A stretch of DNA of 41,713 nt, from the IMG/VR virus record IMGVR_UViG_3300037601_000123, positions 1 through 41,713 of that record; one strand, written 5' to 3'. Under the pieces are notes generated by a model, which was not told the origin of the DNA, ran no database searches, and worked only from the letters and a program-made list of their open reading frames with translations. The position numbers were made by a program, and so were the translations under genes. Positions within the stretch are counted from its first letter, which is position 1. Every line of letters begins with the position of its first letter. The stretch comes from a virus (Duplodnaviria > Caudoviricetes). This document shows, one piece after another, positions 34,301-41,713 of the stretch.

Positions 34301-35806
34301 GGAGGCATCACGAAATACGTGGATCATTACATCCAGGAGCATCTGGGTCAGGTTTCTGGGGTGCAGACGCTCGAACTCGTGGTGCCCAAGCCCGAAGGCT
34401 ACGTCAAAGGGTCGAGCGGCGATTACGTGCAGGTCGTGTTCTTCGGGACGACCAGCACGGGGGGCTACGCCCGCGCGCAGAACGTGACGCGGATCCATCG
34501 ATGGGATGTTGAGGAGCTGTCCGGCACGGCCTCCGCCTATCTGGCTCAGATCGCAAAAACCGATCTGGACGGCATCACACAGGCCGCTCTGGCGTTCCGC
34601 ACGATCTCCGGGGATGCGAACGCGGGTATCGAACTGATCGCGCTGTCCGATCCGACCGGCTCGTCAGCGACCGGCAAGCTCTATGCAGACGAGTGGTTCA
34701 TCGAGGGCGATATTTCCGCCCGATACCTGGTCCTCGACGGTGGCCTTGACCTTAACATCGAGGGCGCAGCCTTCCGGATGGGCAAGACCAACCCGACCGA
34801 TGTCGAGACGACGGGCGTCTACATGGGGGTCTATGCGGAGGGCGATTTCTCTTTCACCGTGGGCACGACATACGACGGCGTGAACCGTTACCTGCAGATG
34901 CAGTCGGACACGTTTCGAATCGTCAATGCCGAGCTCTTCGTGGATGGGGCGCTTGCCGGGGCGGAAACTGAGGTCACGACCACGCAGACTTTCGACCTTC
35001 CGGGCACCGCGGACTTTGTCGAAGGTTCGATCACCGGGGCTGGCGGAGGAGGCGCGTCGGCCAAGATCCGGCACGAATACGGCGACGGCAACCTGTACGA
35101 GGCCAACCATGTCGCTGGATCGGCCGGGGAAGTTTCGAAGATCGAGATCCTCGACGGCACAACAGTGGTGCACACTGTCACTGCAAACGGGGGGGCCGGC
35201 GGCTCGGCCGCGTCCAGCGCGCCGGGCCAATACGGGCTGTCTGGCCAGACCTCGACGCACACGCCATATGGCGACGGTGGCACCGGCGGTTCCTCGCATC
35301 CCTCGAATGCGGGCGGCAAGGGGGGGCTAGGCGGTTCCCGAGGGGATACCGTGGTCCTCGCCCCATTCGATTATACCGGCCTCGCCGACCCGAAGATCCG
35401 GTTCACGATCGGAGAGGGCGGTGACGGGGCCCCACAGGTCACCGGGGGGCCGACGGGCGAGACCTTCTATGCGTCGGCCGGGTCTGACGGGCAGGACGGC
35501 GTCGGCTACTACCGGACCAAGGAGGCCACGGAGATCTCCGTCGGCGCGGTCGCGCCGAACATTACGGCCAGCGGCACTACGTCGGTGACTTCAGGGACAG
35601 CAGGGAGCCTGCCGGATCTGGGACGCGGTGCCTGGACGCTGACGAATGTCCCGCTCGGGCTGGTGCTGAGCCAGGGCGCCGTGACGATCGTCACCAATAC
35701 TGTTGCGGGCGGCGCGCTGACCTTCTTCGCAGACGGCCTGGTCAGTTTCGACACGAGCCATTCCGAGACGCGGAACGTCGATTACACATTCTGGGTGATG
35801 AGCTGA
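31379..35806 (+). CDS. Tail tip/central fibre host-specificity protein (J-like), 1475 aa
   Basis: J-like N-terminal half, FN3-like ITWT segment, two NP.F...W CBM-like modules, Gly-rich C-terminus. Confidence 0.85.
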   Translation: MAGLIVNAIVGGLTAAGVAVGTIGVALIQIGVGLAYSAISQALQKKKKTEAPGIRSKFTGQGDVSPQTIVLGLYATAGHMMAPYYTHSRAAAGGGDNNFGAIGSGDYATFLINLSDAQITSVTALYVDGVRFDVGTHLAGTGHPHYGTPVASGVERDDYVGKLWLKVYDGTQTAADPYLLAAYGSHPDRPWKATSWHRGGAYAIVTVKRDTKLFRGIPSFRFEVQGMPLYDPRDLSTSYSVNPARMVWNILRGITLPDGSVYGMSVEEADLPAAWWDAGLDECEVQVENQDSGFEDQYRAGIEIPIATPDDGGMDPLTAIDELLPAMAAQVADLGGQWIIRVGAPGLAVETFDDGDVLNSKEKTYRPFVGLAEKHNCVAATFPSPEAKWEPIEAPLFVNQGAVDKDGQQLIANLDLDTVPYADQVQRLMAAWGKDAERRRTHIPALPPYKDTMTVLDTVDVSSARFGYSDKSFEVSRMVLDLHSGTFQIAMREVDHDDWTVVPAEYQAQDVPNVTRLPAPALTITNYTVAKHQITDGASDKKPAIRITWTSPSENLSGVAWQVWRAGELVIEGSTADAGAGEVILSEGILPDIGYSVRIKPLAEAQATAWSGFEVVTTDDIRPSLSDLGDDVSQSIETATGIAETARDIVLSVSRNPYFEHDLNGWFNDTAGTVPSEDIVGLAMVSGGPTANKAVEATGHRNIHGSLFAVETDRTYRVRFRVKATGAGPSSVWAGVATYDENGTLETTAPGTHRYAAVRNGFVPVDGEWHLYEGTITGTAASDNSFRPTTKFVRPVALLNYVQDGTYVCEVDELSIRDVTESKEAEAFANEAESHAATALAEADIAETEAGYAIDAAAAAVAARDVSARSYSSAFKNPIFAGWDGTYPLGVAVNASGGSSVAKATDGEFGNVLVLGTGSALTGNYPTASVASTHSQFELPRGGDTLGVRIRMALELVSGAWSGTMIRVTWSGGAGGITKYVDHYIQEHLGQVSGVQTLELVVPKPEGYVKGSSGDYVQVVFFGTTSTGGYARAQNVTRIHRWDVEELSGTASAYLAQIAKTDLDGITQAALAFRTISGDANAGIELIALSDPTGSSATGKLYADEWFIEGDISARYLVLDGGLDLNIEGAAFRMGKTNPTDVETTGVYMGVYAEGDFSFTVGTTYDGVNRYLQMQSDTFRIVNAELFVDGALAGAETEVTTTQTFDLPGTADFVEGSITGAGGGGASAKIRHEYGDGNLYEANHVAGSAGEVSKIEILDGTTVVHTVTANGGAGGSAASSAPGQYGLSGQTSTHTPYGDGGTGGSSHPSNAGGKGGLGGSRGDTVVLAPFDYTGLADPKIRFTIGEGGDGAPQVTGGPTGETFYASAGSDGQDGVGYYRTKEATEISVGAVAPNITASGTTSVTSGTAGSLPDLGRGAWTLTNVPLGLVLSQGAVTIVTNTVAGGALTFFADGLVSFDTSHSETRNVDYTFWVMS

Positions 35807-36375
35807 TGGCTGACCCGATTATCTCCGTTCTCTATTGTGACCCGGTCACACGGGAAGGTCGCTCAACCGCCACTGGTCCACGATCCCGCGTAACGCGCGA
35901 CCCGAACCATGTGGTCGCGACGCTTCCGGCCGGTGCGGACCCGGCGAATTGGCGGGCCAATGAGGCATGGGACGGGGTTGAGCCGAACCCTGCGCGTGCG
36001 GTGACGCGCGACATGGTGGACGTCGAATACCGGGCGCGCCTCGCGGTCGGTTTCACGTATGGGGGCAACCTCTTCGACTTCAATGAGGACAGCCGGGTTT
36101 CCATTCTTGGCGCAGTTGCCGCGGCGCAGCGTCATGTCCAGTTGGCAGCCCTAGACCCGGCCGTTGCCCTTGGTAAGGCCGACTGGCTCCGGGACGGGAC
36201 GGATTTCACCTTCACCGACGCGACCGACGCGGAGGTCCCGCTGACGGCGATGGAAATGATCGCCCTGGGGATGGCCGCGGCCGAGCACCTGGACAGTCAC
36301 CACGACGCCCGGCGCGCCCTCAAGGCGATGGATCCGATCCCGGCAGACTACACCGACGACATCTACTGGCCTTGA
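35806..36375 (+). CDS. DUF4376-like tail fibre-associated protein
   Basis: R.AVGFTYGG..FD...S...I.G...VPLTA.EM.ALG.AA...ALK...PIPADYTDD.YWP. Confidence 0.7.
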   Translation: MADPIISVLYCDPVTREGRSTATGPRSRVTRDPNHVVATLPAGADPANWRANEAWDGVEPNPARAVTRDMVDVEYRARLAVGFTYGGNLFDFNEDSRVSILGAVAAAQRHVQLAALDPAVALGKADWLRDGTDFTFTDATDAEVPLTAMEMIALGMAAAEHLDSHHDARRALKAMDPIPADYTDDIYWP

Positions 36376-36386
36376 GGAGGGACACC

Positions 36387-36728
36387 TTGTCAGACCCAAC
36401 CAAAGACCCGTCCCTGATCGGGCAGGTACTCAACGAGCGGGCGGCGCTGCTGGCCTTCTTTGGCGCTCTGGGCGGCGCAGTGCGTTCCGCGACGCTCCGG
36501 ACCAGCTGGAAGGAGGGGCTCCGGGTCATCTTCGTGGGCAGTGTCACCAGTTTCGCCTTCGGAGAGCTGGGGCCGTTCCTCCTCCAGCCCTGGATCGGCA
36601 AGATCCCGGAAGAGCTGGGGGGGAAGCTCGGCACGCTCTGCGCCGTCGCCTTCCTGACCGGCTTGATAGCCGTGACGGTATTTGAACGCTTCCTGGCCAA
36701 GAAGGAGGTCGAAGATGATCAGGGCTGA
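36387..36728 (+). CDS. Holin
   Basis: Three hydrophobic segments, charged C-terminus, GAGGAGG RBS before TTG. Confidence 0.7.
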   Translation: MSDPTKDPSLIGQVLNERAALLAFFGALGGAVRSATLRTSWKEGLRVIFVGSVTSFAFGELGPFLLQPWIGKIPEELGGKLGTLCAVAFLTGLIAVTVFERFLAKKEVEDDQG

Positions 36729-37197
36729 GAAAACCACACCCAATGCCGACGCGTTCCGGACGTTGATCGTAGGAGGGATCATCGCCATCATCCTCCTCCT
36801 CGCGGTCGATCCGGCGGCGCGGTACTACGATGAGCACTTGCGCCCGCGTCCGTGGATCAGCGCGGAGGTCAAGGTTCTTCCCGCGCGGGAGGGAAAACCC
36901 TTCGTGGAATATTCCGTGGACGCGAGGACGCTTGTCCGGGCCACCTGGAAAGCCTGGGTTGAGAACGAGCGCGGCGTTCGGCTATGCGGCGGCCAGGGGC
37001 CGGGCGACTACAGTCCCGCGACCGAAAGCCCGAAGGTCTGGGGGTGGGCGAGCTGGCTCGGCAAGGACTGCTTCGTCCCGAAACGCGCCTTCCGTCTTTG
37101 CGTCTCCTATGTCGCCGAACTCAACAGCCGCGCGCGCGCGCCTTTCGGTCCCTACTGCTCCGATCTGTTCCAGGTCGAGCCTGCCCGGCCGGACTGA
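36715..37197 (+). CDS. Membrane-anchored periplasmic protein in lysis cassette
   Basis: N-terminal TM, four Cys in the soluble part, AGGAGG RBS. Confidence 0.65.
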   Translation: MIRAEKTTPNADAFRTLIVGGIIAIILLLAVDPAARYYDEHLRPRPWISAEVKVLPAREGKPFVEYSVDARTLVRATWKAWVENERGVRLCGGQGPGDYSPATESPKVWGWASWLGKDCFVPKRAFRLCVSYVAELNSRARAPFGPYCSDLFQVEPARPD

Positions 37198-37221
37198 CCA
37201 TCGCCACATCGTTGACCTTTT

Positions 37222-37247
37222 GCCCCGCCATCGAGCGGGGCTTTTTT
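37222..37247 (+). terminator. Intrinsic terminator
   Basis: GCCCCGC-CATCGA-GCGGGGC-TTTTTT. Confidence 0.75.
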
Positions 37248-37263
37248 ATGGAGGGCCAAGCCC

Positions 37264-37899
37264 ATGCAACTCAATGATCGCATCCTGCAAATCGCCCGCG
37301 CCGACGAAGGCACCTGGGAGTGGGCGGGCGACGAGAACAACCCCGTCGTTGTCGCCTATTACGCGGAGGCCGGACATCCCGAGGTGAAGGATGACAGCGT
37401 GCCCTGGTGCGCGGCCTTCGTCGGCGCAGTGCTGGCCAAGGCTGGCGTCCAGGGGACGGGCTCGCTTCTTGCCCGCTCCTACCAGAGCTGGGGTGAAAAG
37501 GTCAGCCCGGAAGACATTCAGCCCGGCGACGTGATCGTCTTCCCGCGCGGAAACTCGTCGTGGCAGGGCCACGTCGGGTTTGTTGCGGGGCTCGCCGGTG
37601 ACAAGGTGCGTGTCCTCGGGGGCAACCAGGGCGACCAGGTCAATGTGAAAGCCTATCGCCTGTCGGATGCCATCGCGATCCGTCGGGCGAAAGAGCCGCG
37701 CACCAGCGTCGGCCAATCCAGCACGATCCGGGCGACGGGGGCCGGAGCCGCGGGCGTCTGCACGGCCGGTGGGGCGGCCATCGCAGGTCTGGACGGAACG
37801 GCGCAGATCATCGTCGTCGTTGCATTGGCGGTTGTCGCGCTGGCCCTGGCCTGGATCGCGCGGGAACGCATCAAAAAGTGGGCGGCGGGGGTCAGGTAA
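37264..37899 (+). CDS. Endolysin, TIGR02594/NlpC-P60 type, with C-terminal hydrophobic tail
   Basis: DDSVPWCAAFVG, LARSY..WG, QGHVGF, VLGGNQ. Confidence 0.85.
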   Translation: MQLNDRILQIARADEGTWEWAGDENNPVVVAYYAEAGHPEVKDDSVPWCAAFVGAVLAKAGVQGTGSLLARSYQSWGEKVSPEDIQPGDVIVFPRGNSSWQGHVGFVAGLAGDKVRVLGGNQGDQVNVKAYRLSDAIAIRRAKEPRTSVGQSSTIRATGAGAAGVCTAGGAAIAGLDGTAQIIVVVALAVVALALAWIARERIKKWAAGVR

Positions 37900-38192
37900 T
37901 GGCCCGCGTCACAGTTGATCCAGGGGAGAGCGTGCAGTTCAAATGTCCTGGCTGCGGTTGGCTGCACATTCTCAACATTGACCCGACCTCACGGCCTTGC
38001 TGGTCATTCAACGGTGACACCGCTCGCCCGACATTGGCGCCATCGATAAACGCATGGCGGGAGTACGGTGGCGACCGCGTCACAGAGCGTTGCCACAGTT
38101 TCGTCGAGAACGGGCGCATCCGGTTTCTCAACGACTGCACCCACGCCCTGGCCGGTCAGACCGTCGATTTGCCGGAGATCGAGACGCCATGA
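37899..38192 (+). CDS. DUF6527-like Cys/His protein
   Basis: FKCPGC..LH...WSFNGD..RPTL.PSI...CHSFV..GRI.FLNDCTH.LAGQTVDL. Confidence 0.75.
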   Translation: MARVTVDPGESVQFKCPGCGWLHILNIDPTSRPCWSFNGDTARPTLAPSINAWREYGGDRVTERCHSFVENGRIRFLNDCTHALAGQTVDLPEIETP

Positions 38193-38377
38193 TCCGCATC
38201 CTGCTCGGCCTCGTCGCCGCCCTCGGCCTCGCCCTCGCCATCCAGACCTGGCGCCTTGATCGCGCCCGCGACAAAGCCGACCGCCTCGACACCTGCGAGG
38301 AGGTCCAGGACATCAGCACGGAGATCCGCAATGAAACGGATGATGATCTGCTCTATCGCACTTCTCGCCCTCGCTAG
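38189..38377 (+). CDS. Inner-membrane spanin (Rz-like)
   Basis: N-terminal TM, QTWRL, short helix; overlaps a lipoprotein gene. Confidence 0.65.
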   Translation: MIRILLGLVAALGLALAIQTWRLDRARDKADRLDTCEEVQDISTEIRNETDDDLLYRTSRPR

Positions 38378-38525
38378 CTGCACCGCTGGCGACTTCTGTC
38401 AGGTGGTGCCTTTCGAGAAACGTTTCGACCCGGCCACCGCACGGGCGGTGCTGACGACCGACCGCGAGGTTCTGCGCCAGATCGCCATCGAGAACGAATT
38501 CGGCCGCCGTCACTGCGACTGGTGA
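38331..38525 (+). CDS. Outer-membrane spanin lipoprotein (Rz1-like)
   Basis: Lipobox LASC, DFC...N..G...C.W. Confidence 0.7.
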   Translation: MKRMMICSIALLALASCTAGDFCQVVPFEKRFDPATARAVLTTDREVLRQIAIENEFGRRHCDW

Positions 38526-38578
38526 CCGGCTTTCCCCGCCGCTGATTGCGGCTCTTCTTCACATCACAGGAGACTATC

Positions 38579-38866
38579 ATGCCACGCAACGCATTGGTGC
38601 CGGTCGATGATACGGATTGGACCCAACTCACAGCGAACGACGTTTCCGAGCTTTCGTTTCAGTTCCAGGAGGGTCACCTACTCTATGTTGCTGCGACCAA
38701 CGGAGAAACGAAACCGGCTGCGGCATTCACCGGATACCAATACGGTTTCCAGGAGGGGGAAGCTCTCATGTCGCTGGCCGATTTCTTCCCCGGCGTCTCG
38801 GGCGCAAATCGAGTATGGGCGCGAACCGCGAATGGTTCCGCCAGCGTCATGGTGTCCCATGCGTAA
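38579..38866 (+). CDS. Small beta-rich virion protein, head-spike base candidate
   Basis: AGGAG RBS; WTQL...LYVA...P...GY...RVWAR pattern. Confidence 0.55.
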   Translation: MPRNALVPVDDTDWTQLTANDVSELSFQFQEGHLLYVAATNGETKPAAAFTGYQYGFQEGEALMSLADFFPGVSGANRVWARTANGSASVMVSHA

Positions 38867-40811
38867 GGCGGGCGTCTCTGGCCTCGGCAGGGCGGCTGGC
38901 GGCCGTGCCCGCCTTCTCACCACCGTCAACGGCGCACGCGGTTCGACTTACGACTACGGCGACACGCTCGGTGTATCCACCGACAGCCTCATCCCGCTCA
39001 GCCAGGCGGGCGAGAGCATCACCTGGACGCCCGACGGCGGCTCTCCGACCGTCGCGGACACGATCACTGCGGCCTCGGGCGACGACGCGATCTCCGTCGC
39101 GATCGGCAGCGTCACCGCCAGTCTGACAAAGGCTGCCGTTCCGGAGCCCTCCGGCGACGTCATGCATATCCTCTGGCTCACTGACGCATCGAACGGCGTC
39201 GGCGGGGCGACCAGCCCGTCGCTCACGGAGGCTGACACCGATCCGACCGATACGGTCATGGAGTTCAATCTTCAGAACGGGAACATCCAGAGCTTCACCA
39301 CGGCGGGCCAGTCCCGCATCGGCGGCTTCGTGGCCCAGACGGGCAGCGCGCTGCATTGTGCGCTGGCCTGGAAGGACAGCGGCGACCTGCCGGCCGGGCA
39401 CAAGATCCTGGTGGTCAACGCCGGTATCGGTGGTCGTGGGTCATATGGCGGCGGGGGGGTGTTCAATCCCTACACCTCGGCAACCCCATGGACGATCGGC
39501 GATCCGGCTCCGACCGGCGCAGGCGAGGTCTTTGAGGGCATTCCGGGGATCTGGGCAGCGGTGAAGGCTGCGGTCGCCGCGGCCGGTTACACCCTCGGCT
39601 CGGTCAAGGCCATGATCAAGGTCGTGAACGAAAACGACGCGGGCGGGGCAGGGGCCACGCCGTCCGATGTCACCTTCGCAGAGTTGATCCAGACCCAGAT
39701 TGACGGCATCACGGGGATCCGCACGGCGCTTGAGGATCCGACCATCCCGGTCGTGATGTATGGCGGGGTGCCCGAGGACGTCTACGACGGTTCCAACTCG
39801 CGCCGCATGATCAACGCGGTTCATCGCCATGCTGCGGAGCTTCTGCCCTATTGCGCCTTCATCGAGGGGCCGGTCGGATACATGGACCCCGTCGAGGATA
39901 TTCACTTCACATCGCCAGGGCAAAGGGTCATCGGGCCGATGGTTTACGACGCCTTCGCCGTTGCCGAGGCCCGCACCACGGCGCCGGGCATTCCGCTCGT
40001 GGACGCCCTGGACGGAACCGGCGTCACGAAAGTCTGGGGAACCTACCGGATGCTCTCCGCCTATGCCGATGGCCCCGCGCTGCGGATCTCCAACGGCCTG
40101 ACCGAGATCGACGTGCCGTTCCTCAACAGCGGCCCGCTCGCGGGGATGCTCGATTGGAACACGGCGATTGCCCACGCCCTGGCCAATGCGGGCGATGCCT
40201 GGGTCGTCGGCCGATACGATCACGGCGGCAGCGGCATGTCACCCCAGGAGGAAGTGGGAACCGCGACACTGGTCAAGGGCGGCTACCCGATCCTCCAAGG
40301 CACGCGCAGCGCCTACGGCGATGACGAGAACGACGTGCGCTACTCGGACGCCTACACGCCCGTTGCGGCCGGGTGTCAGCTCGCGATCGGGCGTCTTGCC
40401 GATGGTGGGAACAAGACCATCTTCTCCGGCCCGGCCGACACGATCGGCTTGGTCTCCACCTCGGGCGAGCTGCGGGCGCGCGTCGGGACGGACAGCCTGA
40501 CGGCCTCGGCTTTCCCCGAAGCGGAGCCCGCCTGGGCGGTCAAAGGCAAGAACCTGCACGGTTACATGGTCATGGCGGGCCCGGCCCTCTACATCGACGG
40601 CGAGCTCGATGCGCACATCCTTGCCGGGTCTGTGAACTACATCAGCGCAGGCTACGAGTTCGGGGGCAAGGATGACGGCACGCGCAACTCGGTCTCGAAC
40701 TGGGTGGCTGATGCGGTGTGGAGCGTCGCACCAACAGGCGCGACACTCGCTGCCATCAACGCAACGGTTAGCGAGTTCGTGGCCGAAGATGACATGGCGC
40801 TGGCGGCATGA
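38859..40811 (+). CDS. SGNH/sialate O-acetylesterase-like plus lectin-like fibre protein
   Basis: GDVMHILWLTDASN, NAGIGG, NENDA, DIHFTSPGQ blocks; C-terminal YRMLSAY.GPALRI...YDHGGSG module. Confidence 0.65.
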   Translation: MRKAGVSGLGRAAGGRARLLTTVNGARGSTYDYGDTLGVSTDSLIPLSQAGESITWTPDGGSPTVADTITAASGDDAISVAIGSVTASLTKAAVPEPSGDVMHILWLTDASNGVGGATSPSLTEADTDPTDTVMEFNLQNGNIQSFTTAGQSRIGGFVAQTGSALHCALAWKDSGDLPAGHKILVVNAGIGGRGSYGGGGVFNPYTSATPWTIGDPAPTGAGEVFEGIPGIWAAVKAAVAAAGYTLGSVKAMIKVVNENDAGGAGATPSDVTFAELIQTQIDGITGIRTALEDPTIPVVMYGGVPEDVYDGSNSRRMINAVHRHAAELLPYCAFIEGPVGYMDPVEDIHFTSPGQRVIGPMVYDAFAVAEARTTAPGIPLVDALDGTGVTKVWGTYRMLSAYADGPALRISNGLTEIDVPFLNSGPLAGMLDWNTAIAHALANAGDAWVVGRYDHGGSGMSPQEEVGTATLVKGGYPILQGTRSAYGDDENDVRYSDAYTPVAAGCQLAIGRLADGGNKTIFSGPADTIGLVSTSGELRARVGTDSLTASAFPEAEPAWAVKGKNLHGYMVMAGPALYIDGELDAHILAGSVNYISAGYEFGGKDDGTRNSVSNWVADAVWSVAPTGATLAAINATVSEFVAEDDMALAA

Positions 40812-41104
40812 CGACCGAAGAAAAGGAGTTGCTCGCGTTGGACCGCCTCGGCCTGACGCAGGTGACCGCCGCGCTTTATGTGGCCTTGGCAGAGCGTCCC
40901 AACTATCCGCTCCTGCGCAGTTACCTTGTCGATCGGGTCTGGCGCAACCGGGACACACCGCACGACACGGACAACCGGCTGAGCAGTGCTGTTCGGAACC
41001 TGCGTCGGCTTCTGCCGAAAGATCAGCAGGTGGAGACGATCTACGGGATGGGTTTCAAGCTGGTGGTGCCGGAAGTGTGGTTTCCTCCTTGGCTTGAGGC
41101 TTAG
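40808..41104 (+). CDS. Receiver-less OmpR/PhoB-type winged-helix protein
   Basis: LT...LY.ALAERPN..L.RSYLVDRVW...LSSAVRNLRRLL...VETIYGMGFKL. Confidence 0.75.
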   Translation: MTTEEKELLALDRLGLTQVTAALYVALAERPNYPLLRSYLVDRVWRNRDTPHDTDNRLSSAVRNLRRLLPKDQQVETIYGMGFKLVVPEVWFPPWLEA

Positions 41105-41389
41105 CAACGGGCGCAGAATCGGTGATTCCCTTCCCTCGCTTCAAACCGTCAATCCGGGCAGATTCGATGTCTCAGAGTGGCCGTTTGGGCCAATTCGTCA
41201 ATCCTCTTTCCCTTACTTTCGGTCGAGGTTTGATCCACATCGTCGAGCCCGAGGACAGCATATCGGCGATTTGGTCACTTGAATCAATGGGTTGCGGTGT
41301 CCAGTAGAGATACCCGCTACAATTGCCTATTACCCACTATATCCTCTTTCGGATTCGGTGAGGTACGCTGTATATTGCGAGCATAAAGA

Positions 41390-41413
41390 AGGGCCCGAAA
41401 TCCTTCGGGCCCT
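41390..41413. terminator. Perfect 10-bp hairpin, possible minus-strand terminator
   Basis: AGGGCCCGAA-ATCC-TTCGGGCCCT with TCTTTAT tail on the minus strand. Confidence 0.45.
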
Positions 41414-41521
41414 CTGGAGTATTGGACGACGAAGACGCCGTGTTAGACAGACACACCATCGCACACTACAAAATGAGCGTCAATCGTCCGAATGCACCAG
41501 ATGTCGCGAGACAGGGGTCAT

Positions 41522-41713
41522 ATGATGACGATCGAGCAATGTTGGGCCGCGCTTCGGAAGAAGGGCTGGACTAAGTACAAAATCTTCGATGGCGAGCCGC
41601 GTCACGTCTTGCTTCAAGGGCGGGAGACGGGCGACCTGGCTTACAAGCCCCTGCCCGATGACATTTCCGCTGAGGAGCGTTTGGCCCTAGTCGAGAGTAT
41701 GCCTGAAGCGTAA
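41522..41713 (+). CDS. Small hypothetical protein (weak HicA-like pattern)
   Basis: MMTIEQCWAALRKKGWTKY...H.LL...TG...P; lower-GC moron-like region. Confidence 0.5.
   Translation: MMTIEQCWAALRKKGWTKYKIFDGEPRHVLLQGRETGDLAYKPLPDDISAEERLALVESMPEA

Larger units (their letters stand above)
493..41713. mobile_element. Lambda-like temperate siphovirus prophage integrated at tRNA-Arg; right boundary not seen
   Basis: Ordered int-xis, early, immunity, replication, packaging, head, tail and lysis modules directly after a tRNA. Confidence 0.95.

Noticed and set aside
15721-35888. Identical 14-mer GGTCCACGATCCCG at 15721 and 35875
   Set aside because: A few 14-bp matches are expected by chance in 42 kb; both are inside unrelated genes; no reverse transcriptase or invertase, so no DGR or shufflon
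41105-41713. attR (duplicate of the tRNA-Arg 3' end)
   Set aside because: No copy of the tRNA 3' sequence seen by eye; the right boundary is probably beyond the window

Overview
GC-rich alphaproteobacterial DNA (probably Rhodobacteraceae; this is inference). A host ETC complex I subunit gene and tRNA-Arg(UCU) are followed by a lambda-like siphovirus prophage that fills the rest of the window; I did not find attR. Gene order: tyrosine integrase and excisionase; a long leftward early operon of small accessory genes (DUF4031, ASCH-like, TSCPD, C5-methyltransferase-like, ParB/DUF6551-like, an FtsK-gamma::GapR fusion); an immunity switch with a short non-cleavable repressor, cro and six palindromic operators; an antisense WYL-TerB moron; cII-like, GcrA-like and replication genes with an iteron origin; a DUF6456/GafA-like late regulator; a degenerate tRNA-Met; a lambda-like cos site; GpA terminase, portal, S49 protease and Mu gpT-type capsid; tail genes with a -1 frameshift; lysis genes; a probable head-spike pair and an orphan winged-helix regulator. 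The best candidate for something undescribed is the switch: a small convergent ORF overlapping the repressor encodes a mimic of the repressor's own C-terminal helices and lies behind an operator-covered promoter. All family calls are from motif recognition by eye, not database searches.
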